64,000 nucleotides of DNA from assembly GCA_030656555.1 (NCBI GenBank), contig JAUSPN010000028.1:2630-66629 (forward strand). The letters run 5' to 3'. The translations under genes and the position numbers were made by a program. Below the pieces are notes generated by a model, which worked only from the letters and a program-made list of their open reading frames with translations, was not told where the DNA came from and made no database searches. The stretch comes from Candidatus Desulfaltia sp. (GTDB lineage Bacteria; Desulfobacterota; Desulfobacteria; Desulfobacterales; ETH-SRB1). Each line of letters opens with the position of its first letter. Position 1 is the stretch's first letter. This document shows positions 8,967 to 19,814 of the stretch, piece by piece.

Positions 8967-9575
8967 ATGGATACGAGGACAAAGATGGAACGTATAGCTG
9001 AAGTTAAGCGAAAAACAAAAGAAACAGAGATTAATATTAAGCTGGATATAAGCGGAACAGGTAACCATGAAATTTCCTCCGGCATCCCATTCTTTGATCA
9101 TATGCTCAGCCTTTTTGCCGTTCACGGATTTTTTGATGTCTCAATATCTGCCAAAGGGGACATTGAAGTTGATTTTCATCATACTGTTGAGGACGTCGGG
9201 CTTGTATTAGGGGATGCTTTTCACAAGGCTCTTGGAGATAGAAAAGGTATAAAACGATATGGTCATGCTGTTGTGCCGATGGATGATGCCTTAACTTCCG
9301 TTACGGTTGATTTGTCAAACCGTCCTTTTCTTGTTTACAATGTTTCTGATATTACATGCTCAAGTGCGGGTTCTTTTGACATTCATATTGCCAAGGAATT
9401 TTTCAGAGCGTTTGCAACCAGAAGCGGAATGAATCTTCATATTAATGTATTGTATGGTGAGAACGAACATCATGTTATTGAATCAATTTTTAAGGCAGCT
9501 GGAAAAGCTCTTGATCAGGCGACCTCTTTTGATGAGCGCATATTAAGTGTTTGTTCCACTAAAGGCACTCTATAA
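8967..9575 (+). CDS. hisB: imidazoleglycerol-phosphate dehydratase
   Basis: KRKTKETEINIKLDISGTG, IPFFDHML and DFHHTVEDVG motifs. SD AAGGGGGG. The Met at 8985 is an alternative start. Confidence 0.9.
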   Translation: MDTRTKMERIAEVKRKTKETEINIKLDISGTGNHEISSGIPFFDHMLSLFAVHGFFDVSISAKGDIEVDFHHTVEDVGLVLGDAFHKALGDRKGIKRYGHAVVPMDDALTSVTVDLSNRPFLVYNVSDITCSSAGSFDIHIAKEFFRAFATRSGMNLHINVLYGENEHHVIESIFKAAGKALDQATSFDERILSVCSTKGTL

Positions 9576-9588
9576 GAAAGTTTTATGT

Positions 9589-10308
9589 ATGTATACAATT
9601 AAACATAATAAAGAAAATGCCAACTTTTTTAATGCAGCGTTGCTTAAGCTTTTGTTTATTTCCTTTATGTTTTTATTGCCTGCCTGCGGGTCACATGTAA
9701 CTGTTCCGGAACAGGCGTCTGCTCCTTTGACCAGGGGAAAACTTCTAATTTTGCCCTTTAAAAACATATCCGGGATATATGGGGAAAACATTAGTAGCAG
9801 GTGCCCCTTGTGTGGCAATGTTTTTATGACCGGAGAGGTATTTGCTGATGCAGAGGATATTTTAACGCAAAGCCTGATTTCTTTGATGGAAAGCCGTAAA
9901 GGAATGGAGTTAATTCCTTTGAGCCAGGCCCAGGGTGTCTGGTCGGAAATGTTATCAAGAGATGAAGACAGATTGTCGGAGCGCGACCAAATAGTTGAGA
10001 AAGGACGCATTTTAGGCGCTGACTTAGTTATGGCGGGATATGTTTATCGCTTCAGGGAACGGATTGGCGCCGCATATTCTGTTGACACGCCTGCTTCTGC
10101 GGCATTTGATGTCCATCTTGTTGATGTGAGCACCCACCGCATATTATGGACAGGCCGATTTGATGAGACTCAATCCACGCTTTTTGAAAATCTTTTTAAA
10201 ATCGGAACTTTTTTAAAAAGAAAGGGAGCTTGGGTTACCGTTGATAAAATGGCTGTTTCCGCTCTCGAAGATATGCTTCAAACTTTTCCCGAAATTAATA
10301 CTCACTGA
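9589..10308 (+). CDS. putative lipoprotein of unknown function
   Basis: Signal peptide ending in the lipobox-like FLLPAC|GSH. The Met at 9589 is preferred over the listed 9547, which overlaps hisB. Sits between hisB and hisA. Confidence 0.5.
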   Translation: MYTIKHNKENANFFNAALLKLLFISFMFLLPACGSHVTVPEQASAPLTRGKLLILPFKNISGIYGENISSRCPLCGNVFMTGEVFADAEDILTQSLISLMESRKGMELIPLSQAQGVWSEMLSRDEDRLSERDQIVEKGRILGADLVMAGYVYRFRERIGAAYSVDTPASAAFDVHLVDVSTHRILWTGRFDETQSTLFENLFKIGTFLKRKGAWVTVDKMAVSALEDMLQTFPEINTH

Positions 10309-10573
10309 CAAGTAAACTGTAACATAATTAGTAGCCGTTTACGGTTTACAGTTATCGGTTAACGGTTGAAAAAAACAGAAGGTAGAGGAAAATTATGGGG
10401 TTCTCTTCGGTTGTGGGCATGAGAACAAAGATTTATATTTCGCGAGAGGTTAATATATTTTCTGATTTAGATACGAAAGAATTAATTCAAGAGTTGAAAT
10501 CAATATCCAAAATGCTTCAATAGTTGCATGGTTCATTGAAAAAACTGTGAACTGTAAACCGTGAACGGTTATC

Positions 10574-11305
10574 ATGATTATAATACCTGCGATTGATATA
10601 AAAAGTGGTAGATGTGTGCGCCTCTTTCAGGGGGATATGGATACTGAAACTGTTTTTTCCGATGACCCGGCGGCTATGGCCAGGAGGTGGGAGAATGAAG
10701 GGGCGGAAATCATCCATGTAATTGATCTTGACGGGGCTTTTGAGAAAAGTCCGCAAAACCTGCGTTCCATAAAGAAAATAATTGAGAGCATAAAAGTGCC
10801 TATTCAGGTTGGAGGCGGGATCCGTAATATTGATAATATTAAGTTGTTTCTGGATCTTGGGGTGACGAGAGTTATTATCGGAACAGAAGCGGTCAAAAAC
10901 CCTCAACTGGTAAAGGATGCGTGCAGACTGTTCCCAAAACAGATAATCGTTGGAATTGATGCGCGTAATGGGCTGGTTGCAATAGAGGGCTGGGCACAGA
11001 CTACTAAAATGATGGCCGTGGATCTGGCAAAAAAATTTGAAGATTGCGGTGTAGCTGCAATAAATTTTACCGATATTTACAGGGACGGAATGCAAACCGG
11101 TCCGAACATCGTTGAAACCAGACTTCTTGCAGAGGCTGTATCTATACCTGTAATTGCTTCAGGAGGTGTTTCAACAATAGAGGATATAATAAATCTGATT
11201 CCTTTAAAGCCAGCCGGGGTTGTCGGCGTGATAACCGGCAAAGCATTATACAGCGGAACTCTTAGCCTGAAAGAGGCTATTGAAGTGTCAAAAAAATATC
11301 ATTAA
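10574..11305 (+). CDS. hisA: ProFAR isomerase (1-(5-phosphoribosyl)-5-[(5-phosphoribosylamino)methylideneamino]imidazole-4-carboxamide isomerase)
   Basis: 243 aa with MIIIPAIDIKSGRCVRLFQGDM, the typical HisA N-terminus, and GGGIR and SGG phosphate-binding motifs. Confidence 0.9.
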   Translation: MIIIPAIDIKSGRCVRLFQGDMDTETVFSDDPAAMARRWENEGAEIIHVIDLDGAFEKSPQNLRSIKKIIESIKVPIQVGGGIRNIDNIKLFLDLGVTRVIIGTEAVKNPQLVKDACRLFPKQIIVGIDARNGLVAIEGWAQTTKMMAVDLAKKFEDCGVAAINFTDIYRDGMQTGPNIVETRLLAEAVSIPVIASGGVSTIEDIINLIPLKPAGVVGVITGKALYSGTLSLKEAIEVSKKYH

Positions 11306-11589
11306 AACCTATTCTAATAAAACCCACAAAGCACCAAGACCTTTCTGCGTGCGAGTTCGTATTTACAAGCCTTTTCAGCGGGGCTGAGGGGTTAGCGAGC
11401 GCCCAAATAACCTTCTTACGGTCGTATATTGCCCTCAGCTTGATACAGAGAATCTACAATTATTACATTTTTTCTTGACAATATAATATAAAATAATAAT
11501 ATTAAAAGTTTAAAAATAATATTTAAAGTTCTCCATTTAGATAGAATCTTCCAACACTACCTACTTTCCCCTTTCAAGGGTAATGGAGG

Positions 11590-13374
11590 GTGCATTTCTT
11601 GGCGGTTTATATCCCAGAAGAAAAAATTAATGATATTAAAAATGCAGCTGATATTGTTGATATTATATCAGAAGTGGTAGTTTTAAAGAAATCCGGTAAA
11701 AACTTCCTTGGGCTTTGTCCGTTTCATTCAGAAAAAACCCCCTCCTTTACCGTTAGCTCCGGCAAACAGATATTCTATTGCTTTGGATGTAGCGCCGGGG
11801 GAAATGTTTTCAGCTTTCTTATGAAACAGGAGGGTATCTCATTCCCTGAAGCGGCAAGAATGCTGGCAAGGCGATACGGCATTGATATTCCGGTTCAAAC
11901 AATGTCTCCTGAAGAGAAAAGACGAGTTAGTGAAAGAGAAAGTGTGCTTGCGATAAATAAACAGGCAACGGATTTTTTTCGCTGTGCCTTACTTGAAAAC
12001 ACATCAGGGAAAACAGCAATGGAATATCTGCTAAAGCGGGGGATAAGCAGAAAGATTGTCGATGATTTTAAGCTTGGATATGCGCCGGAAGGTTGGGATA
12101 ATCTTGCAATTTATTTTTCAAAAAAGAAACAACCGGATGGGCTTGTTGAGAAATCAGGGTTGGTTATTCCAAGAAAAGGCAAAAGCGGTTTCTATGATCG
12201 TTTTAGATCCCGTATAATTTTTCCGATTTTTGATATAAGCATGCAAATTATCGGATTTGGCGGACGTGTGCTGGACGATTCCCTGCCAAAATATCTTAAT
12301 TCTCCGGAAACACCTGTGTACAACAAGAGCCGTTCCCTTTATGGGTTGCACATGGCTAAAGGGAAATGCAGAGAAAGCAAAACTGTTTTCATTGTTGAGG
12401 GTTATTTTGATCTTTTAGCGCTTCATCAGCACGGCATTCAGAATTCAGTCGCAACCCTTGGGACGTCGTTGACTCCGGAACATTTGCAGATGCTCAGAGG
12501 GTTTATCGGAAAGGATGGCAGGGTTGTGCTTGTCTATGATTCAGACTCGGCCGGAATAAAGGCTGCTCAAAGAAGTATAGAGGTGTTTGATAAAGGATAT
12601 GTGGACGCCGCTATTATTGTATTGCCTGCCGGTCACGATCCTGATTCATATCTTTTAGAATTTGGAACTGAGCCATTTATGAATCTGGCTGCGGAATCAA
12701 AAGGGGTTATCTCGTTTTTGATAGATTGCGCGGTTAAAAAGCATGGGCTTTCAACCGAAGGGAAAATACATATTCTTTCAGACATAAAAGTACCTTTAGC
12801 GGCTATAAATGATAATGTCGCAAGATCATTATATGTCAAGGAACTTGCCGAGCGTATTGATGTTGATGAAAAAGCGGTTTTGGAAAAGGTGAGACAAGTT
12901 TCTGCTGAAAAAAGCTCGGATATTGCGAAACCTGCTGCTGATTATGTGCTTCAAAATAATGGTAACAGGCTTGAGAGGCGGATAATAGCAATGATGCTTC
13001 AATTCCCGGAAGTGTTGTCTGAAGTAGATAATCGAGGGTTACTCAATCTTTTTGAAGATAATACTTTAAAATCTATTGGGCAGTCTATTTTAAAGCTTAA
13101 GGACAGCTCAGGTGAACCGGCTTCAGAGCTCATGGCTATTGTTGATGATAAAGATAAAAGAAATATTATAGCATCTCTGGTAATGAAAGATGATTTGTGG
13201 GATCGTGACGGCTGTTTAAAGCTTATTGCGCAATTTGAGTCCAGTAAATATCGCAATGATAAAAAGTTGTTGCAGGAAATAAGGGACGCAGAAGATCGCA
13301 ATGACCCTGAATTGGTATTGCGTTTGTTGAAGAAAAAGCAACTGCAAGTAAAAAAACAAAATAAAATCCTTTAA
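11590..13374 (+). CDS. dnaG: DNA primase
   Basis: Zinc-finger CPFHSEKTPSFTVS...CFGCSAGGN, Toprim region (EGYFDLLAL, DSDSAG). The listed GTG start abuts the GGAGG; TTG at 11599, 9 nt after GGAGG, is a likelier start. Confidence 0.9.
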   Translation: MHFLAVYIPEEKINDIKNAADIVDIISEVVVLKKSGKNFLGLCPFHSEKTPSFTVSSGKQIFYCFGCSAGGNVFSFLMKQEGISFPEAARMLARRYGIDIPVQTMSPEEKRRVSERESVLAINKQATDFFRCALLENTSGKTAMEYLLKRGISRKIVDDFKLGYAPEGWDNLAIYFSKKKQPDGLVEKSGLVIPRKGKSGFYDRFRSRIIFPIFDISMQIIGFGGRVLDDSLPKYLNSPETPVYNKSRSLYGLHMAKGKCRESKTVFIVEGYFDLLALHQHGIQNSVATLGTSLTPEHLQMLRGFIGKDGRVVLVYDSDSAGIKAAQRSIEVFDKGYVDAAIIVLPAGHDPDSYLLEFGTEPFMNLAAESKGVISFLIDCAVKKHGLSTEGKIHILSDIKVPLAAINDNVARSLYVKELAERIDVDEKAVLEKVRQVSAEKSSDIAKPAADYVLQNNGNRLERRIIAMMLQFPEVLSEVDNRGLLNLFEDNTLKSIGQSILKLKDSSGEPASELMAIVDDKDKRNIIASLVMKDDLWDRDGCLKLIAQFESSKYRNDKKLLQEIRDAEDRNDPELVLRLLKKKQLQVKKQNKIL

Positions 13375-13395
13375 GTCTGTTGGAGGCTGGAATAC

Positions 13396-15267
13396 ATGGC
13401 AAAAAAAATGATGGTAAAGCAAAAGAGTGTAAAGAAGGCCGGAAAAAAGGTATTGCCAAAGAAGGTAAATGAAAGGCAAAAGAGTGTTAGTATAAAGACA
13501 TCACCAATGAAGGCGGATGCCTCGCAAGAAAAAACAGAAAAGGTTAACAAGAAGATATTAAAAAACCTTATTTTAAAAGGTAAAAAAGAGGGGCACTTAA
13601 CTTATGATCAAATTAATGAGGCGTTTCCCGATGATATACTTTCTTCGGAACAGATTGATGAAACGCTTATTATATTTGATGAACTTAATATTGAGGTTAT
13701 TGATGAAAAGAAAGGGGAAGTATCCGGCAGGAAAGAAAAAATAAAGCTGGATACGACTGCGGGTGATGATAAGTCTATGGCAGATTTTGGCACGGTAGCT
13801 GATCCGGTTAAGATGTATCTGCGTGAAATGGGTTTTGTGACTCTTTTAAGCAGGGAAGGGGAGGTTGAAATAGCTAAGAAAATCGAATCTGGTGAGCAGG
13901 AAGTTTTAAGAGCGATGATAGATTCGGAAGTTGGAGTAAAGCATATTTTAGCTCTTGCAGATCGCATTGAAAAAGAGGAGCTTCGTATAAAACACGTGTT
14001 AAGAGATGTTGACGAAGGAGATACATATATTGACGAAGTGTTTCAGGTTGAAAAGTTTTTAAGCACGATCCGTTCTATCGATAAAATATACGAAAAAAAC
14101 ACAGTTTATCGAGAAAAACTTATATCGTCTGCTCTGAGCGCTGATGAACAACGTCAGATCAGGAGAAATATCATACGGCAAAATAATAAAATATTCGACT
14201 TGCTAAAACAATGGCGTTTTGAAGTTAGGATAATCGACCAGATTGAAGCAATTATCAGGAGCCATGTTGACAGGTTCGACTCTATGAACAAAAAGATAAT
14301 AGTGTGTACTGATAAGGTTAATTCAACGGTTACTGAGCTTCACGCCAATTTAAAAACCCAGAAGAAGTTTGTTGAATGGGCGGGTCGCAGGTGTGATCTG
14401 ACAAAAGATGAACTGGCTTTACTTTTTGTGGAACTGAACAATCTTTTAAACCAGACAGATGAGAACGAAAAGCTCATAAAGTCCAACTACCGAACCCTAA
14501 AAAAGGTTTTGTCCTGTGTTGAAACCGGGCGCCGTAGGGCTAAAATAGCTAAGAGTGAACTGACAAAGGCGAATTTACGACTTGTCGTCAGTATTGCCAA
14601 AAAATATACAAACAGAGGGTTGCAATTTTTGGATCTGATTCAAGAAGGAAATATAGGCCTTATGAAGGCGGTTGATAAATTTGAATATCGCCGAGGCTAT
14701 AAATTCAGCACATATGCCACGTGGTGGATAAGACAAGCTATAACCCGGGCGATTGCGGACCAAGCTAGAACAATCCGGATTCCAGTCCACATGATTGAAA
14801 CTATAAACAAGCTTATCCGAACTTCAAGAGCCCTTGTTCAGGAGCTGGGGCGAGATCCTAAACCTGAGGAAATAGCCGAGAAAATGGAACTTCCCCTGGA
14901 CAAGGTTCGTAAGGTTTTAAAAATTGCAAGAGAACCTATTTCACTTGAGACTCCCATCGGAGAAGAAGAGGACAGCCATCTTGGCGATTTCATAGAAGAT
15001 AAAAAATTTGTGCTTCCTTCGGATGCCGCTGTAAACCTGAACCTTGCGGAGCGGACAAGAAAGGTTCTTGCGACCTTGACTCCGCGTGAAGAGAAGGTTC
15101 TGCGCATGCGATTCGGGATAGGGGAAAAGGCTGATCATACACTTGAAGAGGTAGGACAGGATTTTACCGTTACACGCGAGAGAATAAGACAGATAGAGGC
15201 TAAAGCCTTAAGGAAATTGAGACATCCGACCAGAAGTCGTAAACTGAAAAGCTTTATTGAAACCTAA
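13396..15267 (+). CDS. rpoD: primary RNA polymerase sigma factor (sigma-70)
   Basis: 623 aa with a Lys-rich N-terminus, region 2 ([18 protein letters not shown]) and region 4 ([30 protein letters not shown]). Follows dnaG. Confidence 0.95.
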   Translation: MAKKMMVKQKSVKKAGKKVLPKKVNERQKSVSIKTSPMKADASQEKTEKVNKKILKNLILKGKKEGHLTYDQINEAFPDDILSSEQIDETLIIFDELNIEVIDEKKGEVSGRKEKIKLDTTAGDDKSMADFGTVADPVKMYLREMGFVTLLSREGEVEIAKKIESGEQEVLRAMIDSEVGVKHILALADRIEKEELRIKHVLRDVDEGDTYIDEVFQVEKFLSTIRSIDKIYEKNTVYREKLISSALSADEQRQIRRNIIRQNNKIFDLLKQWRFEVRIIDQIEAIIRSHVDRFDSMNKKIIVCTDKVNSTVTELHANLKTQKKFVEWAGRRCDLTKDELALLFVELNNLLNQTDENEKLIKSNYRTLKKVLSCVETGRRRAKIAKSELTKANLRLVVSIAKKYTNRGLQFLDLIQEGNIGLMKAVDKFEYRRGYKFSTYATWWIRQAITRAIADQARTIRIPVHMIETINKLIRTSRALVQELGRDPKPEEIAEKMELPLDKVRKVLKIAREPISLETPIGEEEDSHLGDFIEDKKFVLPSDAAVNLNLAERTRKVLATLTPREEKVLRMRFGIGEKADHTLEEVGQDFTVTRERIRQIEAKALRKLRHPTRSRKLKSFIET

Positions 15268-15327
15268 CTCTTGACAAAACTTATTTCTAAGGGTAAAAAA
15301 ATTTGTTTTGTGGCCAAGTTGATTCGT

Positions 15328-15400
15328 GGGCCCATAGCTCAGCTGGAAGAGCCACCGGCTCATAACCGGTCGGTCCCTGGTTCGAACCCAGGTGGGCCCA
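15328..15400 (+). tRNA. tRNA with CAU anticodon (elongator Met or lysidine-modified Ile2; not initiator)
   Basis: Hand fold: GGGCCCA/TGGGCCC acceptor, anticodon loop CTCATAA, T-loop GGTTCGAACC. There is no C1:A72 mismatch and no 3xGC anticodon stem, so it is not an initiator. C4:G69 and C5:G68 resemble E. coli tRNA-Ile2. Confidence 0.85.
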
Positions 15401-15416
15401 TACATCTGTTTTGATC

Positions 15417-15449
15417 AAGGCGTGGGGATGAGTAACCACGCCTTTTTTT
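15417..15449 (+). terminator. rho-independent terminator after tRNA(CAU)
   Basis: AAGGCGTGG / CCACGCCTT stem followed by T7. Confidence 0.75.
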
Positions 15450-15477
15450 GCTAATTGCAACCAATCTTACGACATTT

Positions 15478-16611
15478 ATGCCAGCAATAATAGCCGATAT
15501 TATTAAGATAATGGAAGACATCGCCCCATCGCGTCTTGCTGAAGAATGGGACAATGTCGGGCTGCAGGTTGGGCAAAAGGACTGGTCTGTACGAACCATA
15601 CGGATTGCTTTGGATCCTCTCCCAAGTGTTGTGGCTGCCGCCTGCAGAGAAGGGGTTGATCTTTTAATTACGCATCATCCGTTGATATTTAAGCCTTTAG
15701 TTTCTATTGATTTCAGCACTCCGGTTGGGGCTATAATAAATATGGCATCTAAGCACAAAATGGCCATATTTGCCATGCATACTAATCTTGACAATGTAAC
15801 GGATGGTTTAAATGATATTCTTGCACGCATGATTGGTCTTAACAATCTGGAGGTGCTTGGGAAACCCATTGAGCCGGAATATTATAAACTCGTTATATAT
15901 CTGCCTGTTGAATATGAACAGAAGATTTTAACCTCTCTTTTTGAGACAAAAGCAGGAAAAATAGGCGCATATACATCCTGCTCTTTCCGAAATAATGGCA
16001 GAGCAACCTTCAGGCCGGGTTCTTTGTCAACCCCTTTTATAGGAAAACCCGATGACATATCTCATGCGGATGAGATCAGGCTGGAAACCATTGTGCAAAA
16101 AGATGATTTGGGAAACGTTATTGAACATGTGAGGGCAAATCATCCTTATGAAACTATGGCATATGATGTTTATAGGCTGGAGCCGTCTGACAACATGTTA
16201 GCCGGAAGACAGCAGGGGCTTGGCAGGATTGGAGATCTTGCAGGGGAGACTAAACTTTTATCCTTTGCCTTGGAAATTAAGAAAAAACTATGTCTTAATT
16301 CTATTAAATTCGCAGGAAAACCTGATCTGCCTGTAAAGAAAGCCGCTTTATGTACAGGGAGCGGTTCAAGCTTGATAAACAATTTTTTTGTATCCGGCGC
16401 TCAGGTATATATTAGCGGGGATTTCCGGTATCACGATGCAAGGGCTGTAGAAGCAGCAAATTTAGGTATTATCGATATAGGCCATTTTGCATCAGAGCAT
16501 TTAATCGTTAAAGTACTTGCCAAGAGGCTTAGAGAGATTATATCTAAAAACGGAATTGATGTTAAAGTTGAGGCGTGCGAGTCTGAAATCGATCCGTTTA
16601 TTGTTTTATAA
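15478..16611 (+). CDS. Nif3-like dinuclear metal-centre protein (YqfO/YbgI family, long form)
   Basis: EEWDNVGLQVG, LITHHPLIF and GHFASEH motifs. Met at 15478 is preferred because the listed start 15448 lies inside the tRNA terminator. Confidence 0.8.
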   Translation: MPAIIADIIKIMEDIAPSRLAEEWDNVGLQVGQKDWSVRTIRIALDPLPSVVAAACREGVDLLITHHPLIFKPLVSIDFSTPVGAIINMASKHKMAIFAMHTNLDNVTDGLNDILARMIGLNNLEVLGKPIEPEYYKLVIYLPVEYEQKILTSLFETKAGKIGAYTSCSFRNNGRATFRPGSLSTPFIGKPDDISHADEIRLETIVQKDDLGNVIEHVRANHPYETMAYDVYRLEPSDNMLAGRQQGLGRIGDLAGETKLLSFALEIKKKLCLNSIKFAGKPDLPVKKAALCTGSGSSLINNFFVSGAQVYISGDFRYHDARAVEAANLGIIDIGHFASEHLIVKVLAKRLREIISKNGIDVKVEACESEIDPFIVL

Positions 16612-16654
16612 GAGATAAGCGGTTTCATTGTTAATGACTAATGACAAGTGACTA

Positions 16655-17371
16655 ATGGCTAATATGAAAGAACAAATAGATATTCTGGTAAAACTACAAA
16701 AAATCGAAATAGAATCAGATGATGTTAAATCGAAGTTGAGCAGTGTTTCTGAAAAACTTGATTCTTTTGATGCCGAGCTCAAGGAGTTTGAACAGTCTGT
16801 AATTGATAAAAAGTCTTTGCTTGATGGTTTGAACAAAAAATATCGCTCCTATGATTCTGAGGTTCAGACGAATCTTGACATGATCAAAAAGAGTCAGGGG
16901 AGACTTGTGGCTGTTAAGACAAACAGGGAATATCAGGCCTTATTAAAGGAAATTGAAGAATTAAAGAAAAAAAATTCTCAGTCAGAGGATGAAATGTTGT
17001 TATGTCTGGATAGTATAGATGAAACAGAAAAAAACATTTCTGTAGAAAAAGACGAATATTCAACGTTAAAAGAAAAAGTAAGTAGTGATAAAGAGATTAT
17101 AATGCGGGAAGTGGAGCACGGAAAAGAAAGGCTTGTCAAGCTTAAGGCCGAATGGAGCAGCATTTCAAGTAAAGTTAAGCCTGAATTGTTAAAAAGATAT
17201 ACGATGGTAGGCCAAAGGGTTAAAGGGACAGCATTAGCCTCTGTTAAAAAATCCGTATGCAGTGGATGCAACATAAATCTTCCTCCGCAAATGTATAATG
17301 AGCTTCAGCGTTGTGACAGTTTGGAGTTTTGCCCCAACTGTCAAAGAATTGTTTATTGGGAACAATCATAG
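16655..17371 (+). CDS. coiled-coil / C4 zinc-ribbon protein (COG1579-type)
   Basis: 238 aa with a long heptad-rich region and then CSGCNINLPPQ...CPNCQRIVY. The Nif3 - Zn-ribbon - rnpB arrangement is conserved. Confidence 0.7.
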   Translation: MANMKEQIDILVKLQKIEIESDDVKSKLSSVSEKLDSFDAELKEFEQSVIDKKSLLDGLNKKYRSYDSEVQTNLDMIKKSQGRLVAVKTNREYQALLKEIEELKKKNSQSEDEMLLCLDSIDETEKNISVEKDEYSTLKEKVSSDKEIIMREVEHGKERLVKLKAEWSSISSKVKPELLKRYTMVGQRVKGTALASVKKSVCSGCNINLPPQMYNELQRCDSLEFCPNCQRIVYWEQS

Positions 17372-17375
17372 AAAT

Positions 17376-17780
17376 CGGTCGGAGCAGTTTAGACGATCGC
17401 CGGATCATTTTTTTGATTCAGAGGAAAGTCCGAACACTGCAGGGCAGGGTGCTCCATAACATGGAGTCGCGGTAACGTGAAGGAAAGTGCAACAGAAAGT
17501 ATACCGCCTGTTACTTGATTTTCATCCAATGGAAATTAAGTGGCCGGTAAGGGTGAAAAGGTGCGGTAAGAGCGCACCAGTTTCCCGGGTGACCGTGGAA
17601 GCTCGGCAAACCCCACCCAGTGCAAGACCAAATAGAGGAGCGTTTGAGGATGGCCCGTCCAAGCTCCCGGGTAGGTCGCAAGAGATGTCTGGCAACCGAC
17701 ATTCTTAGATGAATGATCGTTGCCCTGTCCGGGGTAACCCGAACCGGGTACAGAATTCGGCTTATAAGCCGCTCCGGCCG
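17376..17780 (+). ncRNA. rnpB: RNase P RNA, bacterial type A
   Basis: P1 pairing CGGTCGGAGC / GCTCCGGCCG. Universally conserved GAGGAAAGTCCG (P4 5' strand), ACAGAATTCGGCTTATAAG near the 3' end, GTAAGGGTGAAAAGGTGCGGTAAGAGCGCACC module, then T6. Confidence 0.9.
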
Positions 17781-17863
17781 TTTTTTACTTTTGATGTAAC
17801 CATTTTGCCACAATTATATTGTAATCTTGGTGTCTTTGTGGCCGGACTATTACAATTATTTTC

Positions 17864-18634
17864 ATGGTGAAGTGTATGCTGCAGATTGAAGAGCTTAGAG
17901 TAGAAGTAGGCGGAAAAACAATACTGAAAAACGTTAACATGGAAATTCCTAAAGGGGAAACCCACATACTTTTCGGGCCAAACGGATCAGGCAAGACAAG
18001 TCTTATGATGACCTTAATGGGATTTTCCGGCTATAATGTGACACACGGGAAGATTACGTTCAAAGGGGAAGACATCACACATTTACCCATTTACGAGCGT
18101 GCCCGCCTTGGTATAGGCGTATCCTTTCAGAGGCCTCCAACCATTAAAGGTTTAAAGACAAGGTCGATTGTTGAAATCAGCGCCGGTAATCGGTCTGTTG
18201 ATGTTGAGGAGCTGGCAAAACAGCTTAATTTTTCCGATTTTCTTGACAGGGATGTAAACCATAACTTTTCAGGAGGCGAAATAAAGCGTTCTGAACTCCT
18301 TCAGCTTATGGCGCAGCAGCCTGACCTTGTTCTTCTGGACGAACCGGAATCAGGGGTAGATCTTGAAAGCATCGTCCTTATAGGCGATACAATCAATTCG
18401 CTTTTGCGCAGGGGTATTAAGCATCCCATGGAAAAACCTCATAAAGACATTGCTTCTGATCGGACAAAATCCGCACTTGTTATTACCCACACCGGCCACA
18501 TACTCAATTATATAACGGCTGATAAGGGTCAGGTTCTTTATAACGGAGTTCTGTGCTGTTCAAGAAATGCAAGAGAAATTTTAAAATGGATAAGAGAATA
18601 CGGCTATAAGGAGTGCGTCAGATGTACACAATAG
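17864..18634 (+). CDS. sufC: SufC-like Fe-S cluster assembly ABC ATPase
   Basis: Walker [13 protein letters not shown] signature FSGGEIKR, Walker [11 protein letters not shown]. Met at 17876 is an alternative start. Confidence 0.8.
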   Translation: MVKCMLQIEELRVEVGGKTILKNVNMEIPKGETHILFGPNGSGKTSLMMTLMGFSGYNVTHGKITFKGEDITHLPIYERARLGIGVSFQRPPTIKGLKTRSIVEISAGNRSVDVEELAKQLNFSDFLDRDVNHNFSGGEIKRSELLQLMAQQPDLVLLDEPESGVDLESIVLIGDTINSLLRRGIKHPMEKPHKDIASDRTKSALVITHTGHILNYITADKGQVLYNGVLCCSRNAREILKWIREYGYKECVRCTQ

Positions 18635-19797
18635 ATGATGCTAAAGATGTTAATCTTGAAAACTACAAGGTTGATGCCGAAACCCATGCATATGTTGAAA
18701 ATTTGTCACAAATCGGATCAACAGATGCAAACCAGCTTTTAGATGTTGGTGTGGATATTGATGAAAATGATCGTGTCGGTAGCTTCATACAAAAAGACAA
18801 ATCTGTAATACACTGCAAAACCATGCAGGACGGTGTTGAGGTTATGAGCATATCCCAGGCTCAGGAAAAACATGGGTGGCTTGCCGATTATCTATGGCAT
18901 AATGTATCTCCCGATACCGACAAATTTACATCCCAGGCAAAGAAAAAACCTCACGAAGGATACTTTATACGCGCACTTCCAGGCGTTAAGACAAAGCATC
19001 CGATACAGTCATGCCTTTATATTGCCAAAGAAGGATTTTCGCAAAACGTTCATAATGTTGTGATTGCTGAAGAAGGTTCGGAACTCCATATTATTACAGG
19101 GTGCGCAACAGCGCCCCATCTGGTTTCAGGGCTGCACGTAGGCGTTTCAGAATTTTATGTCAAAAAAGGGGCAAAACTTATATTTACCATGATTCATGAC
19201 TGGGGTGAAAAGATAAATGTACGGCCCAGAACCGTGACTACGGTAGAAGAAGGCGGGCTTATTGTTTCAAACTATATATCATTAAGACCTGTAGGGTCAC
19301 TTCAGATGTATCCCACAACATACTTGAACGGGAAAGGCGCTGTCGCGCGTTTCAACAGCGTTTTAGTCGCTAATAAGGGTGATTTTCTGGATGTGGGCTC
19401 GCGAGTAGTGCTTAATGCTCCTGACACTCGCGCGGAGATAATATCCCGCGCAATTACATATGGGGGATCAATTATCGCTCGCGGCGACCTGGTCGGAAAG
19501 GTTCCCGGCATTAAAGCACACCTTGAATGCAAGGGTTTAATATTAAAAGATGGGCTGATGCAAGCCATACCCGAACTACGAGCATATGTTCCAGGCGTTG
19601 AGATGTCTCACGAGGCTGCGGTAGGAAAAATTGATCAGCGTGAGATAGAATATCTCATGGCAAGGGGCATTGATGAGGACGAGGCAATATCAACCATTGT
19701 TCGCGGGTTTTTAAATGTGGATATAGAAGGATTGCCCCAGGGTCTCAAAAACAAGCTTGATAAGATTATCTCCGAAACCCAGAAAGATATGATATAA
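18613..19797 (+). CDS. SufB/SufD family Fe-S assembly protein
   Basis: 394 aa. The C-terminal beta-helix region is typical of SufBD ([21 protein letters not shown]..., [26 protein letters not shown]). Overlaps the sufC end. Confidence 0.8.
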   Translation: MRQMYTIDDAKDVNLENYKVDAETHAYVENLSQIGSTDANQLLDVGVDIDENDRVGSFIQKDKSVIHCKTMQDGVEVMSISQAQEKHGWLADYLWHNVSPDTDKFTSQAKKKPHEGYFIRALPGVKTKHPIQSCLYIAKEGFSQNVHNVVIAEEGSELHIITGCATAPHLVSGLHVGVSEFYVKKGAKLIFTMIHDWGEKINVRPRTVTTVEEGGLIVSNYISLRPVGSLQMYPTTYLNGKGAVARFNSVLVANKGDFLDVGSRVVLNAPDTRAEIISRAITYGGSIIARGDLVGKVPGIKAHLECKGLILKDGLMQAIPELRAYVPGVEMSHEAAVGKIDQREIEYLMARGIDEDEAISTIVRGFLNVDIEGLPQGLKNKLDKIISETQKDMI

Positions 19798-19814
19798 AAG
19801 CAGAGCCAATCTAA

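Noticed and set aside
10517-11095. 192-aa minus-strand ORF
   Set aside because: Fully antisense to hisA, whose identity is unambiguous.
17487-17813. ORFs 17487..17708 (+) and 17511..17813 (-) of 73 and 100 aa
   Set aside because: They lie entirely inside the RNase P RNA gene (17376..17780). Their GC-rich, Arg/Pro-rich translations are typical artefacts of a structured RNA.
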